The position numbers and the translations under genes were made by a program. Of a stretch of 64,000 nucleotides of DNA, positions 28,101 through 39,818 are shown one piece after another (positions within the stretch are counted from its first letter, which is position 1; every line of letters starts with the position of its first letter). Where the stretch lies: positions 8,913,519 through 8,977,518 of the forward strand of contig CM082578.2 in the NCBI GenBank assembly GCA_040954595.2. Reading direction: 5' to 3'. The notes beneath the pieces are model-generated. The model made no database searches. It was given only the letters and a program-made list of their open reading frames with translations, and was not told the DNA's origin. Source of the DNA: Balanoglossus misakiensis. Taxonomy: Eukaryota; Animalia; Hemichordata.

Positions 28101-28362
28101 ACCGGTTTTCTGCTGTACAAAACTCTCTTTCAAACAAAATTTAATATAATTTTCACCAAAACCCCCACCCCATAGAAACTTAACCCACTTACATTGAGTC
28201 CAAGATCTTTCTAGATCAAATGAAGCATGTATTAATTGACCCTCCATAAACTTAAGTACAATCATGAAATTTTCCTGTCACCCCGCAATGTCAGTCTATT
28301 GCTTGTGCACTCAAATTTAGAATTACATATAAAATATTGTTTCTGACTGGAGATAGTAGGAT

Positions 28363-31300
28363 TTAATCTTGGTGTGATTGCAACATCCTCTGATGAACTC
28401 TTGGCAAAATGCGACTCAAATCTTCAATGTATCTTTCACAACTCTGTGCCAGTGATAACAATCGATCCCACAATGCAGTTCTAGATTTGGGACAACTTGC
28501 CTTGTCAAACAGGATCTGAAAAAAAAATCACAGAATAGTAAGTACATAGTTGTATGACATCAATGAATTTCTTTTATGACTGAAACTCAAACTCCAATAT
28601 GTATTTTTATGTCCCAGCCTTCCCCTTTTACTGACATTAAACCTTTAGTTTTGTTCCAGTCTAGTGTAACAGGGAAATTGGCCATAAAAACTGATATGTC
28701 ACAATTTCCAGCAGTACAGTTTATGAGACATACCTCATCCATTTGTTGCGTGAGAAAGTTGATCTGATGCAGTGACTGCCACAACCCAGGCATTCTCTGT
28801 CTGCGTGTTGCGTAGCCGACCAAAACAGAGTGATACTCTGCAATAAAATGAATCTAAAAAAATATAGAATGATTGACTGTTAAATAATGCTTCTTTCCTT
28901 TATGTTTTTCTTAGTTCTTGATGACTTTCTAATTTTCATTTACATCATGGATTTATGGTACAAGTATTCTTAATTATCACACATACACGTTGATGATGGT
29001 GGCTTAAACAAAGTGTCTCGATCACACAGCTTATTCCTTTCTGTATTGAAGCAAAAAATGATTAGAAGCATTGAAACTCAATGTTCTCATCGACTGATTT
29101 AGTCATTACAGTACCTGGGCATACATTCTTGTAATCTTATCAGCAATACTTAGAAATGCTTGCAGCTGAGCAGGCCTTCCTTCGGTGCAGGTAACTCGCT
29201 CTACTTTGACAACCCGTCCCATCTTTTCTTGAATCGGCTGTTTCTGTTTGACTGATTCTGTGTCATTCTCGAAAGACCAATGGCCAGAGGAATTCATTGA
29301 TTCACTCGAATCAGTATCTGAAGCTAAGCTGCCGGCCACACATACAGCATTTTGTCCAAAATCAACTTTCAGCCAAAACTGCAAGATAATTGGAAATGTA
29401 TGATTGTTTTTATTGTTGTACATTAACAATTTACCAAAAGTCCCATATTTAAAAAAATTTCTACTATCAACACTTTTTATTGAATGAATTCATAATTGAA
29501 TGATACAATGCTTTGCTAGTCAAGAGTTTATGAAAGGTGGACAAAATAAAATGCAAATTTCGTCTTACCATAGATTTGGCAATATTCCTGCAAGTTTGCT
29601 TAACCAGGAGAATTTTGTGGCTCTGAATGGCTCTGTTGTGCTGCAGTGATAGATGATGCAAATAATCTGAATTGTGCAACAATTCTTCGTTTAACTCCTG
29701 TAGAAAGAACAACAACCAGTGCAGAAAACAATTAGAGAACTCATTGTGAAGTTTCAGACATGCAAATTTGAAAATTCATGAATACTCCCAACTCAAAATG
29801 GCTGTGATGTCACCTTAACAATGATGGAACTACATAATTTCAGTCAGTGAAAATTTTGTTCAATAATTAAATAATTAATTAATTACTATAACATTCCATA
29901 TGAAATTCAACCTCTATATATTCTTTGGGAGTTTTTGGAATGTGAGTCTGTCATGTAAGACACTATACATTTTGATGCATCATATTTGATTTTGAAAGTG
30001 GTGTTCAATGGAGATTAATATTATGACGGTGATATTGTTCTCTGTCTCTATCTTCGTCTGACTTTTGATTCTAGCCGTATTTGATATTGTTCTCCAAGCA
30101 TATAAAAAACTGATGGTGACCATTACCTCTCTCAAATAGCAGTATTCAATAAACCCACCTTGGTGACTCTCCCCCGATGAGGAAACAGACATTGCATGCC
30201 GGAGTGATCCTTGCTCGTTCGCAAACATTTCCAACAGAATGAGTGGTGGCATTTACAGTACATCCACGGGCAGCCACCATTCTTCTGCAGGGGGAGGTTA
30301 CAGTTCGGACAGGCCTTGATTTTCACTGAAGTTATTCTGTGACCATTATCGATTAGACCTAATAGAGAGAACAACACGGTGAGTTTTGCTGCACAAAATT
30401 TTGCCACAATTAATAAATGGTTCTCTTGCAGATATAGCCATCATAGATGCAAAACAGAGACATTTAATCCTTTGCAATTAAGAGCCACGAAAGCGACAGA
30501 GGCTTAAACTAAATTTACCTCGCATCTGCCTTTTCTTTCTGTATGCCTTTGCTTGCAGACACGTCGCCGGCCAATGAGCAGCCCCTCTGCAAACCCAACA
30601 CCAGCTGTATCCGCAGTTACACTCAATGACGGGTGGTGCCGCTGTGCTGGGTATCGCCACAGAAACCTCAACAAATCTGTCGCATCTGGGCGAGGGACAA
30701 CACCTCCTCCGCTGCTGGCTTTTGGCGACCGCCATGTTGAAGATCTGCTTCAAGTATCGGACATACAGATGTGCTGGCAGGAAAGCCATCGATGTCACTG
30801 AATCCAGTTCAATGTCACATTCATAACCCTGTCATAAAACAGACAAAATTAACACATCTTACTTATTGCTACAATAATTAGTTTACAAAAAAAGAAGGCA
30901 GATGTCATGTCAGTACATGTAACAGGAAAGGAGTCTATCATGAGACTTACTGGACATGTCAAGGGAAGTTGACCTGCCATGACCTGTGTGCTGAGGTGTC
31001 TCTTCCAACACTCATTGCAGAACCAATGTTGACACCTGGCCATGGCGGTCGCCGAGACTGATCCTTCCACGGACGAGAATGGCTGAAAACACACACCGCA
31101 GAATTCTTCTGGATCAAACACTGTCTCATTTAAACGTTCTTGTGAAACCTTATTGTCCTGGAAAAAAGAAAGAACGAAAAAAGAAATGAAATATCGAAAA
31201 TTATTAATAAAAAGTATGTATTGACACTTGGATATGTCACACGGTTTTGCAACAAAATTATATATATATTTGCTTCAGGCTCTGCTTTCAATACAATGCT

Positions 31301-34092
31301 GTATCAGAAAGCACAGAACTATATATTATAGAAACTTAGTACATGAATTCACTGGTCATTACCTTGATTTTTGACATACAACTGGCCATCTGTGATGGTT
31401 TGTAGCACGTATAGTCATAACCCCTGGCTTGGTTCACAGTTTCCAAGACGATTCTGGGTTTTTGATTCAGACCCACACTTTTGCCGAGCTGACCAAGGAT
31501 ACTGAAACATGAAACATCAAATGTCAATCTCAACAACTGCATATTCCAGTGTGTTTAAACACTGTGAAAGTGAAATAATCATTTTTAATTAATCATTTCC
31601 CATCAATTATAACAATATTTAAATATCATGACAGATAAAACATAATACAGATTTCACCAGGCAAGATAAACAGACTGACTACAAACCTGTGACATGGAAA
31701 CTCCTTGACAATATCTGCGGCGCACTCTACAACTTCTTTCACTGATAAAACTGATCCCTCAGGGATTTTCGCTTTCATCTTTAGTTTCACATCCTTTGTG
31801 ACTGCATCATCAAGGACCCCACAGAGAGTCACTCTGAGATAAAGATGAGTTCGACAGAAGAAGAAATATTTATATTTGAAATGGAATGAAGTTGGTGATT
31901 ATAAATACTAGGTATATATACTGCAAGTATAAAATCAATAGTTGTACAATGTAAGTAGTATCACAATTGTAGCTTTACAGGGAGCTTAATACTGCCAAAC
32001 GTTTTGTATGTGAAGCATGTTTGTTGTGTCAAAGTCAGACGTAATAGTTCCATACCTGTAATCCCTTGGGTCCTGATTTGTTGACTCAAACAGGACACTG
32101 ATGGCGTGGCCGGAATCTTTCAGTTTCCGAGCAGCTTGCCTGTCGGTCAAATCGTCAATCACGGATTGGGTGATGTCGATGGCAAACTTGGACGGCACAC
32201 AGCTACTTCTCCTGCACCTGTCACCGTACGAGGTAATGGATTCTTCCGTGTCCGCATCCGTCAAAGTGCAACAGACTGACACCACGTGTGAAATTTGGTC
32301 TTCCTCTCTGCTGTTAGATACTGATGGCATTTGCCTAGGATGAGGTTGTGGACTATTAGCAGCAACCAGGCGCGACCTCTGCCTCGTTTGTTTCCGTTCT
32401 CGCCTCTCCTGTATCCGTCTCTTTTTCTGCTCTTCCCGTCCCTCCACCACTCTCACTTTCTCTTCCTTGGCCTGCATCATTTGATGCCACGTGCTCTCCC
32501 CGTCGTCAGCTATCTGATCCTGCTCGCCGGTAACCACGAATGAGCCCTTCTGGTGCATCTTGACGGGTTGTGAGGTTGCACTGTTGACACTGCGCAAATG
32601 AGGAGAGACGATTCCCTGACTTTTACTCGTGTTCTGACAGTGTCTTTGAAGACGATGAACAGCTTCAAACACATCCAGCATCAGAGGCTGTCTAGGAGCA
32701 AAACAATTTTCCTCCCAGTAACTGTCTTCTTCATCATCAACATAATCATCATCTTCATTCAGATAGTCTTCTTTATACATTGCATCATTATACACACGGG
32801 ATTTCCAGTTAAATTTGGATTTCTTGTGTTTTCCTCCCAGTGTTCTTTTCCCAATATCTATATGATAGGAAAAAAATATAATTAGATTTTGATCTTTTTC
32901 TTTAAAACTATTTTTGAAATATGCCTGGAGGTGATAAGTCATATTTATATTGTCATGTGATGAATCTACCTACCCCCACAGATGTCAGGCAGTTCGCAGT
33001 TCCTTGGCAGCTTGTTGAGTGGGTACCTGTCTTTGGGTCGTGCATAGCAAACTTCATAGAGCAACTCAGGTTCCTGTGGTTCTGTTTCAATCTCACCATC
33101 TTCTTCACTTTCCTGCATCTTCATCACTCTCTTCCTCCTCTCCTTCTTCTTCTTCTTCTTCGTCAGACTGGGTCTGTCGTTTTGCAGAAGATCGCTGGCG
33201 TACGCGTACTTGTGTCTCTTTGGCGTCTTGTGGGGGTTCTCGGAGCTTCTGCTGTCTGTGACCGAGAGTCAGTCGGGCCTCTTGCTGCCGAAGCAGTACT
33301 CCGACGTTTCCCGCTGCACCACCACGACTCTGTAGTCGGCCTCTCGGTAGCTTTCGCAATCGCGCTGCAGGTCGGACTGCAGCATTGCAGGTAGGAGCCA
33401 CCGCTTCTTCTTGTTCATACTGTACACCAGATCAGATGCCCAGATGGGATTCTTTTTCACAATTTCCTCCGGTTCACCTGGGGGGGGGGGGGGAATGGAA
33501 TATTGGCAACTGGGTATTTTGCATAGCTTGTTTGTGAGGGGAAATGGAGATCTGGGACCACCATAACCACTTTAAATCATGAAGCTGATAGTGATACACA
33601 GAAGATAATCTTCATTTAAAGTTTACTTTGCTAGTGAGCCAACAACTAAACTATATGCATGTACTAACAGCTACATGAGATTGTGACCTCAGCAAGGCTC
33701 AACCATCTTGATCTGCACAAATATTTTATAATCTAAAAGAACTTCTATGTATAATAGCACAAAGTTCCTACACTGTCTTACAGGAAGGTTCCTCAGCCAC
33801 AATAATAGCTTTGCTGTTGCTATGGTTTCACTCAAAACACATATAGCAATGTCGTCAATTGTTTCACCAACTCACCATCGGTAAATGCGGCTTGCAAACC
33901 ACCATCGTCCAACTGATTGGAAAAATCTTCTAGTATTCTTTCCTGTTCTTCGCGCTTCTCAACATTTGTCACTTTCTTGACAATCTTGAATTGTCCAGTG
34001 TGGGTCACCTTCAAGTGTCGACTGACTCCCTGGGTGCGTCTGATGGTATTAGCACTGCGAATTCCAAAACGACCTCCTTTGCTTTTCGCCAT
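28363..34092 (-). CDS. Ariadne-like RBR (RING1-IBR-RING2) E3 ubiquitin ligase with long N-terminal extension; one in-frame TGA at 33269-33271 (~1084 aa if read through)
   Basis: 12 exons: 34092-33876, 33477-32974, 32857-31993, 31833-31687, 31501-31363, 31157-30951, 30828-30519, 30358-30159, 29697-29569, 29378-29115, 28853-28734, 28515-28363 (TAA); all GT-AG and phase-consistent. RING1 CGVC..CQHWFCNECW..CPGYEC; IBR CPSPRC..CNCGYSWCWVC..HWPATC; RING2 KACPNC..KNGGCPWMYCKCHHSFCWKCL. RBR identity is firm; joining exons 1-2 to it is less certain. Confidence 0.8.
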
Positions 34093-34499
34093 GGTCTGTT
34101 AAAGCTATGTCTAAATTTTAAGAAACAAGGAAAGCGTTGCCATCATTAGGCTAGAAGTAAAGTTGTATCTATGAATACAGACAGCAGATAAACACATGCA
34201 ATCATACAGTTAAGGAGACTGCGGTCTTACACTTTCAAATAATGTAAGAACAAAAATATTTTTTTTTGATGGAAAGGGGAAACAAGCAAGACTCTCTTTT
34301 CACAGACTAAGATTTGACAAGGTTATACTTGACTTAACTACACCACTACATTATACTACACTACAATAATGTACATAAGCAAATCAAATTACGAACCTAA
34401 ATTCTGATTGATATGTGTTCCCTTTGCTGGCCCACCTGTTACTAGTGATACTTCAGCTTTCCATCGTTTCTTACTTATATGTACAATTGCCCATTGCAG

Positions 34500-35368
34500 T
34501 TGTGTTGTGCAATTGCATGGCGAGCTAAATATAGTGGCATGACGTCATTGTCCTAGAAAGAAAGAAAAAACAAAAGTTGTAGTTATGTTCTAACCACAGA
34601 GGGCGTCCAAACACACGGGCTTTGAATTTACAAGTGCTGCAGATGTGTGCTCTATCCGTCACTTTAATACATGTAATTTACCAGACAATGAAGTTGTACG
34701 CAATCCCAATAAACCATTCGATCAACTCCCAAAACATACCGCAAAGATGTGAACTTTTAAATCAATTTCAAGATTCGTCAGACCTCGAAATTTGAGCACT
34801 GTGTACACAAGGAAACCGTGGCGAATGGTTACAAATTTGCATGTCCATGCAGGAAACTCTGAAGTACAAATGTAGAGCTTTGCAATATAAATTGCCCAGA
34901 GAACATTCGATCTGGATGCCAGGGCTACCAAGATATAACTGAGGAGGAGCTTGTGAAGAAAAACAAAGGCTGAGGTAATATTGTGGCCATAGAGGGCCCC
35001 ACTATATATGAGAACCTTTCACATGTTTCAGCGAGCTTTCATCTTTCACGATACTCACGATGGAAATGTATGTTGTGTCTTCTGTTTCTTGTGGTAAAAT
35101 GTCCGCGAGAGAATCCACCTGTCGCGAATCATTTTGTAGTTTGAGCACAGTCCCTCTGAGTGTAACTCAACGCATGAACAATCTGAGGTCATCGTTGGGG
35201 CAAAGGTGAACTAGTCATCAGGTGACACCCAGTCACGTGACATTGGGTCAACGAAGCCGTATAAAAACTTTTGCGATCGACGTGTAATTGTATAGTATGG
35301 TATCGATGAAGTATATGAGTGGCGACCATCTATTCTAGATCGACCCGTGTTTGAATTTGTAAACTTCC
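34500..35368. promoter_or_regulatory. Putative bidirectional promoter of RBR ligase (-) and RFT1 (+)
   Basis: Divergent genes, CpG-enriched; palindromic E-box GTCACGTGAC at 35232-35241; CRE TGACGTCA at 34540-34547; possible minus-strand 5'UTR donor (gtgagta) at 35058. Confidence 0.5.
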
Positions 35369-38300
35369 ATGATGGAAGGCAACGCAAGACTTGCCAGCGC
35401 CGCTCGATCGGCCACTTACAACATGATCTTGCAGGTAAGGTTGGATTCAATCTCTGCCCGGGGTTTCGGACCAGTGATTGGCTGATCAACTAAGTTAAAA
35501 AGGGGGAAAACAAACTACATTTGTACATGTACTAACTTAATGCAGATTTTGAGAGACTGCAAGCTCCATAATACTCACTGTTATTATTAAACCCTGCATG
35601 ATATTCTGTCTTTTTTCAAGGTGGTGTTTAGAATGCTGACATTCATCTTGAATGCTTTTGTATTGAGGTATATCTCCAAGGAAATGCTTGGTGTTGTCAA
35701 TGTCAGGTTGGTATAGTGATCAGTCAGTACTGCTCTAGCATAATTGGATGAAAGGAAATTAGTTTTTACTAAAAAAATTCCTAACACACATCATGCATGG
35801 ATTCTAATTTTTGATTTGTGACAAGCAGCTCATGATCTACATGTATGTGACGAGGAGATATGTTTGGTAGAGCTTGAAGACTCTGGCAAACAGTTCTCTG
35901 CACCAAACTCTGATATTCTTGATCTTGCTCAGTTCTTTGTGAAGTGTGAGCTTTGCAATGTGTCAGAATTGGACCTCTTGGAAATGTACAGATTGTTGTA
36001 TTTGAAGAGTTTTGAAAATCCACCATTATTTTTTAACTTGACAGATTGACACTGCTGTACTCCACCACACTCTTTGTGGCCCGTGAAGCATTCCGGAGAG
36101 CGTGTCTCAGCAAAACCGCTGACAGAAAATGGCACCAAGTTGTGAATTTGCTGTGGTGTACGTAAGTATTACTCAGGTGACATTTTGCACTCCGTGCATC
36201 AAATAAAAAAAAAAAAAAACAGGGAAAATCTGAGTAGAAGTTGTCTTTTAAGAAAATTAACATATTCTCTCATCTCTGTTTTATCCACACATTTCAGTGT
36301 TTTGCTTGGCATTGTCTGTGGATTAGCTCTGGCATATTTCTGGTTACGTCTTCTTGAACATCCAGACCCGGCCAGCGTCCCCAATTATTCCGTGGGGGTC
36401 GTTGTGTTCACGGCATCAGCAGTGCTGGAACTTGTGGCTGAGCCTCTGTATGTGATCGGACAGGCACTTTTGTTCATCAAATTGAAGGTAACAAAAATAC
36501 ACGATCTACCGACCGACCCTCTCATAGAGGCCTGTCATCTGTAGTGTGGTATGGCGTAGTGTTGTGTGGTGTTTATATACTTGCCAAGCTGATATAACTC
36601 ATTCAAACTAAACCAAGCCAGAATTGAAAATCCTCGACATTTCATCTCTTTAGATTTGATAGAGTGAAACAGCCCTAATACTTGTGTTTCTGTAAGTTGA
36701 ACCTAAAAATATAATGTTGTCACTGACTTCTGGCAGACTTTCTCAATTACCCGACAAAGTATTCCATGTTGGGGGCAATTTCTTATTTATTTATACAAAT
36801 CTGCTTCAACTTCACCAGGTTGTCATCGATGGCATTGCTATACTGTGCAGATGCATATTGACTGTAACACTTGTGGTGGTGTTCCCTCACTGGGGAATCA
36901 TCGCTTTCTGCTGGGCACAGGTAAGATGGCTGCTGCTGTATCTTGTGTTCACTGATAGGTCGCACCGACTAGCGACTGGTGAATCATGGAAAAATCACAA
37001 CCTACTTAAAGTGAACCAGTTTATTTTAGTCTCTCTTGTTGATGCTTCATGATGTTTGCTAGATTTTAAAGTTTGTGTATTTTCAATGTGACGGTGTCAT
37101 ACAATTTTTAAAATACTTTTCCCTGTTTCTTTTAGCTCGCTTACACTGCTGTCTATGTGGGCTTGTACTATGCTTATTTCATAAAATACATCTACACGTC
37201 GGAGGACAGAGCTTTTCCACTGAAGACAGTCAGGGATTTCTTTCCAAGAACTAGCCCAGGACAGGTGAGCAAACAGGAATTTACATGTTTTGGAGTGCAA
37301 AGTTGTATGCTGAATGGATGGCTGTTTCTGCAAGTGTCCCAGTACTGAGGAAAGTTATTTTGCTTTCATTTTGTTTCTAGATAACAGTACACCCTGATCT
37401 GAGTGCATTTGCACTTTGACCGGACCCCATAACTATCCCACAGCAAACATGACTGACAGCTGTCAGCTTGATTTGTACAGCCTGCATTCATGTGATATCA
37501 TGACTTTGTTAATAATTGATAAGACACCATTTTTTTTCATGTTCACATTTGCTGTTTCAGTGTTCATTCTCTGATTTCAACATATCCCACTTACACATTA
37601 ATATGACTGAACACTGAAACAGCAAATGTGAACATAGTCTGTGGAATACAGAAGTCAAGCAACATATTTTTTGTCTCTGTAGAAGTGGACCAATCTTGCA
37701 TTACTGAAGTTAACTTGGAGCTTTTTCAAACAAGGATTCTTCAAGCAAATCCTCACTGAAGGTGATCAGAGCATCGGATTTTCAACAATTTAATATTTCA
37801 AAACTCTTTGTGATTTCATACTCTGTAAAAGTTTTGTAGCCACCCAAGTCTTTGGTCTTTATTTTTCTTTCTCAAACACTGTGAATTGTTTTTTTTTTCT
37901 CTCATAATATAATTTTGACGTTGGTGATGTAAATTTTCTCTTTCAGGGGAAAGATACGTGATGACCTTCTTCAGTGTTGCAAGTTTTGCAGACCAGGGGC
38001 TCTATGACATCATCACCAACCTGGGCTCCCTAGCTGCACGGTTTATCTTCTTCCCGATAGAAGAGAGTGGGTACTTGTTCTTTGCACAGACTTTAACTCG
38101 GAACGTGCCGATAAAAGACCAGTCAAAAGTAAGACGCAGATATAAATGTTAATTTGAATGTTTGAGAATGGATCTTGAAGGAGCAGATGTTGAATGCATA
38201 ATCCAAACTTTCCTGCTATTCTGTTATTCTTCAAGAACATGGTTTTACTCTACATTTGTGATAAGAAAAGTGAAAACACTTAACATGTATTTTTTCCTCT

Positions 38301-39818
38301 GATGTATATTTTTTTTTCAACAGGATGCGATAGACTTAGCCACCAAAGTATTGGAAAACTTGCTGAAGTTTGTCTTTCTTATTGGAATGACTTTTCTTGT
38401 CTTCGGCTATCCATATTCTTATCTGCTGCTCGACTTGTATGGTGGTTCATTGTTAAGTTCAGGTTCAGGTATGTTAAAAAAAAATTTCCCTCCGTATACA
38501 AACTAGTTTTAAAAATTACTTGAAATTATGTTGCATACAATGCACCTTAGAGATTTATATCATAAACCCCAATTTGGTTGTTTTGATTGTTTTTTCCCCC
38601 AGGTCCAACACTGTTGAGCTGCTACTGTGTGTATGTGCTACTTATAGCAATCAATGGAACCATGGAAGCTTTTGTTTTTGCAGCCATGAGCTCTCAAGAG
38701 GTTGATAGGTAAGCCGCTTGTTGTTTTGTATCATCAAAATGTCCCCAGCTTGGTTTCAATTCCTAAACACACCTCATCCCTCTCCCAGAAAGAATAATAT
38801 TGTTGTGGACTTGACAGTATGTGTTAATGCATTTAACTGTATGCAGTAAAAAAACACTAATTTCTTCCACCTTTTTTTCATTTTCAGGTACAATCATAAA
38901 CTGCTTATATTTTCAGTGATATTCCTGTTCTTTTCGTGGCTGTTTACAAAACTTATCGGAGTTCTAGGATTTGTGTTTGCAAACTGCATTAACATGAGTG
39001 TTAGAATACTCTACAGGTAAGTGTGTGAAAAGCTATGCGCCCAAAACATTTGAAGAGGTTGCACCTGTATTTTGGCAGGAAAAAATTTGGTCTTCAAAGG
39101 GTGAATACCAAACATGTTAAGTTCCATTTGGCGTCAAAAAGATTATAAGATCACTTCTAAGACCTACTGATTAATGAGAATACAACAAAAGTCCCATATA
39201 AAGTTTCGCACATGTTAATAACAATGTAAAAAAAATAAGAGAATCATATCCGAAATACAACTTTAGTCTCTTTTTTTATTTACAGTATATTTTTTATGGA
39301 AAACTATTACAAAGGAACTCAGTACAGACCACTGAGGCACCTTATTCCATCCACAATGGTGCTACTAGCTTTCATAGTCTCATTGGTACTCACAGTCATA
39401 TCAGAGGTGAGAATCTTTCATGTCAAGATGCAAAATGCATTATACACTGTATAGTTAACCCCTGCCATACAAGGATCAAAATTCAGTGTACTAGTAATTC
39501 AGTCAGAACATAGATACTTGAGTAATACAAGGACAGCAAAATCATGAATTTACTGTTAGCTCTATTCTGTGACCCCAAGATTTTATTTCGTCGTAAAATA
39601 TTCCCACTGTTTATTTTATATCTTCTCTCTCTCTCTTTCAGAAGACATTGTGTTGTGATAAAGGCAGACTCTACCAACTGGCTCATGTCTGTGTGGGTGG
39701 TTTCTGCTGCCTGGGCGTCTCTCTGGCGGTGTATTTTTCAGAATACGACATGATTGAGTTTATCATGCAGCAGTTCATCACTAAAAGAGACTCTCGAAAG
39801 GCGAAAAAGGAAAATTAA
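35369..39818 (+). CDS. RFT1: Protein RFT1 homolog (ER membrane protein of Man5GlcNAc2-PP-dolichol translocation)
   Basis: 13 exons: 35369-35434, 35621-35706, 36045-36161, 36298-36487, 36819-36920, 37136-37264, 37683-37761, 37947-38128, 38324-38468, 38603-38708, 38888-39016, 39286-39406, 39642-39818 (TAA). Motifs [93 protein letters not shown]; C-terminal KKEN dilysine-type ER signal. Confidence 0.95.

Noticed and set aside
25200-28300. Possible gene or ncRNA in the CpG-richer patch near 25850-26720
   Set aside because: No recognisable protein, tRNA or snRNA features; probably repeat fragments, unresolved without a search.
27300-28362. SECIS element that would make the RBR TGA a selenocysteine codon
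   Set aside because: By eye, no convincing ATGA..AA..GA stem-loop with correct spacing on the minus strand, and no redox motif around the TGA. Not excluded without SECISearch.
28363-34092. Calling the RBR gene a pseudogene
   Set aside because: Only one lesion in ~3.25 kb of CDS, with all splice sites and phases intact. A recent nonsense allele or base error remains possible.
34594-34607. CTCF-like motifs (ccacagagggcg; also near 17164 and 34987)
   Set aside because: Only partial matches to the consensus; not supportable by eye.
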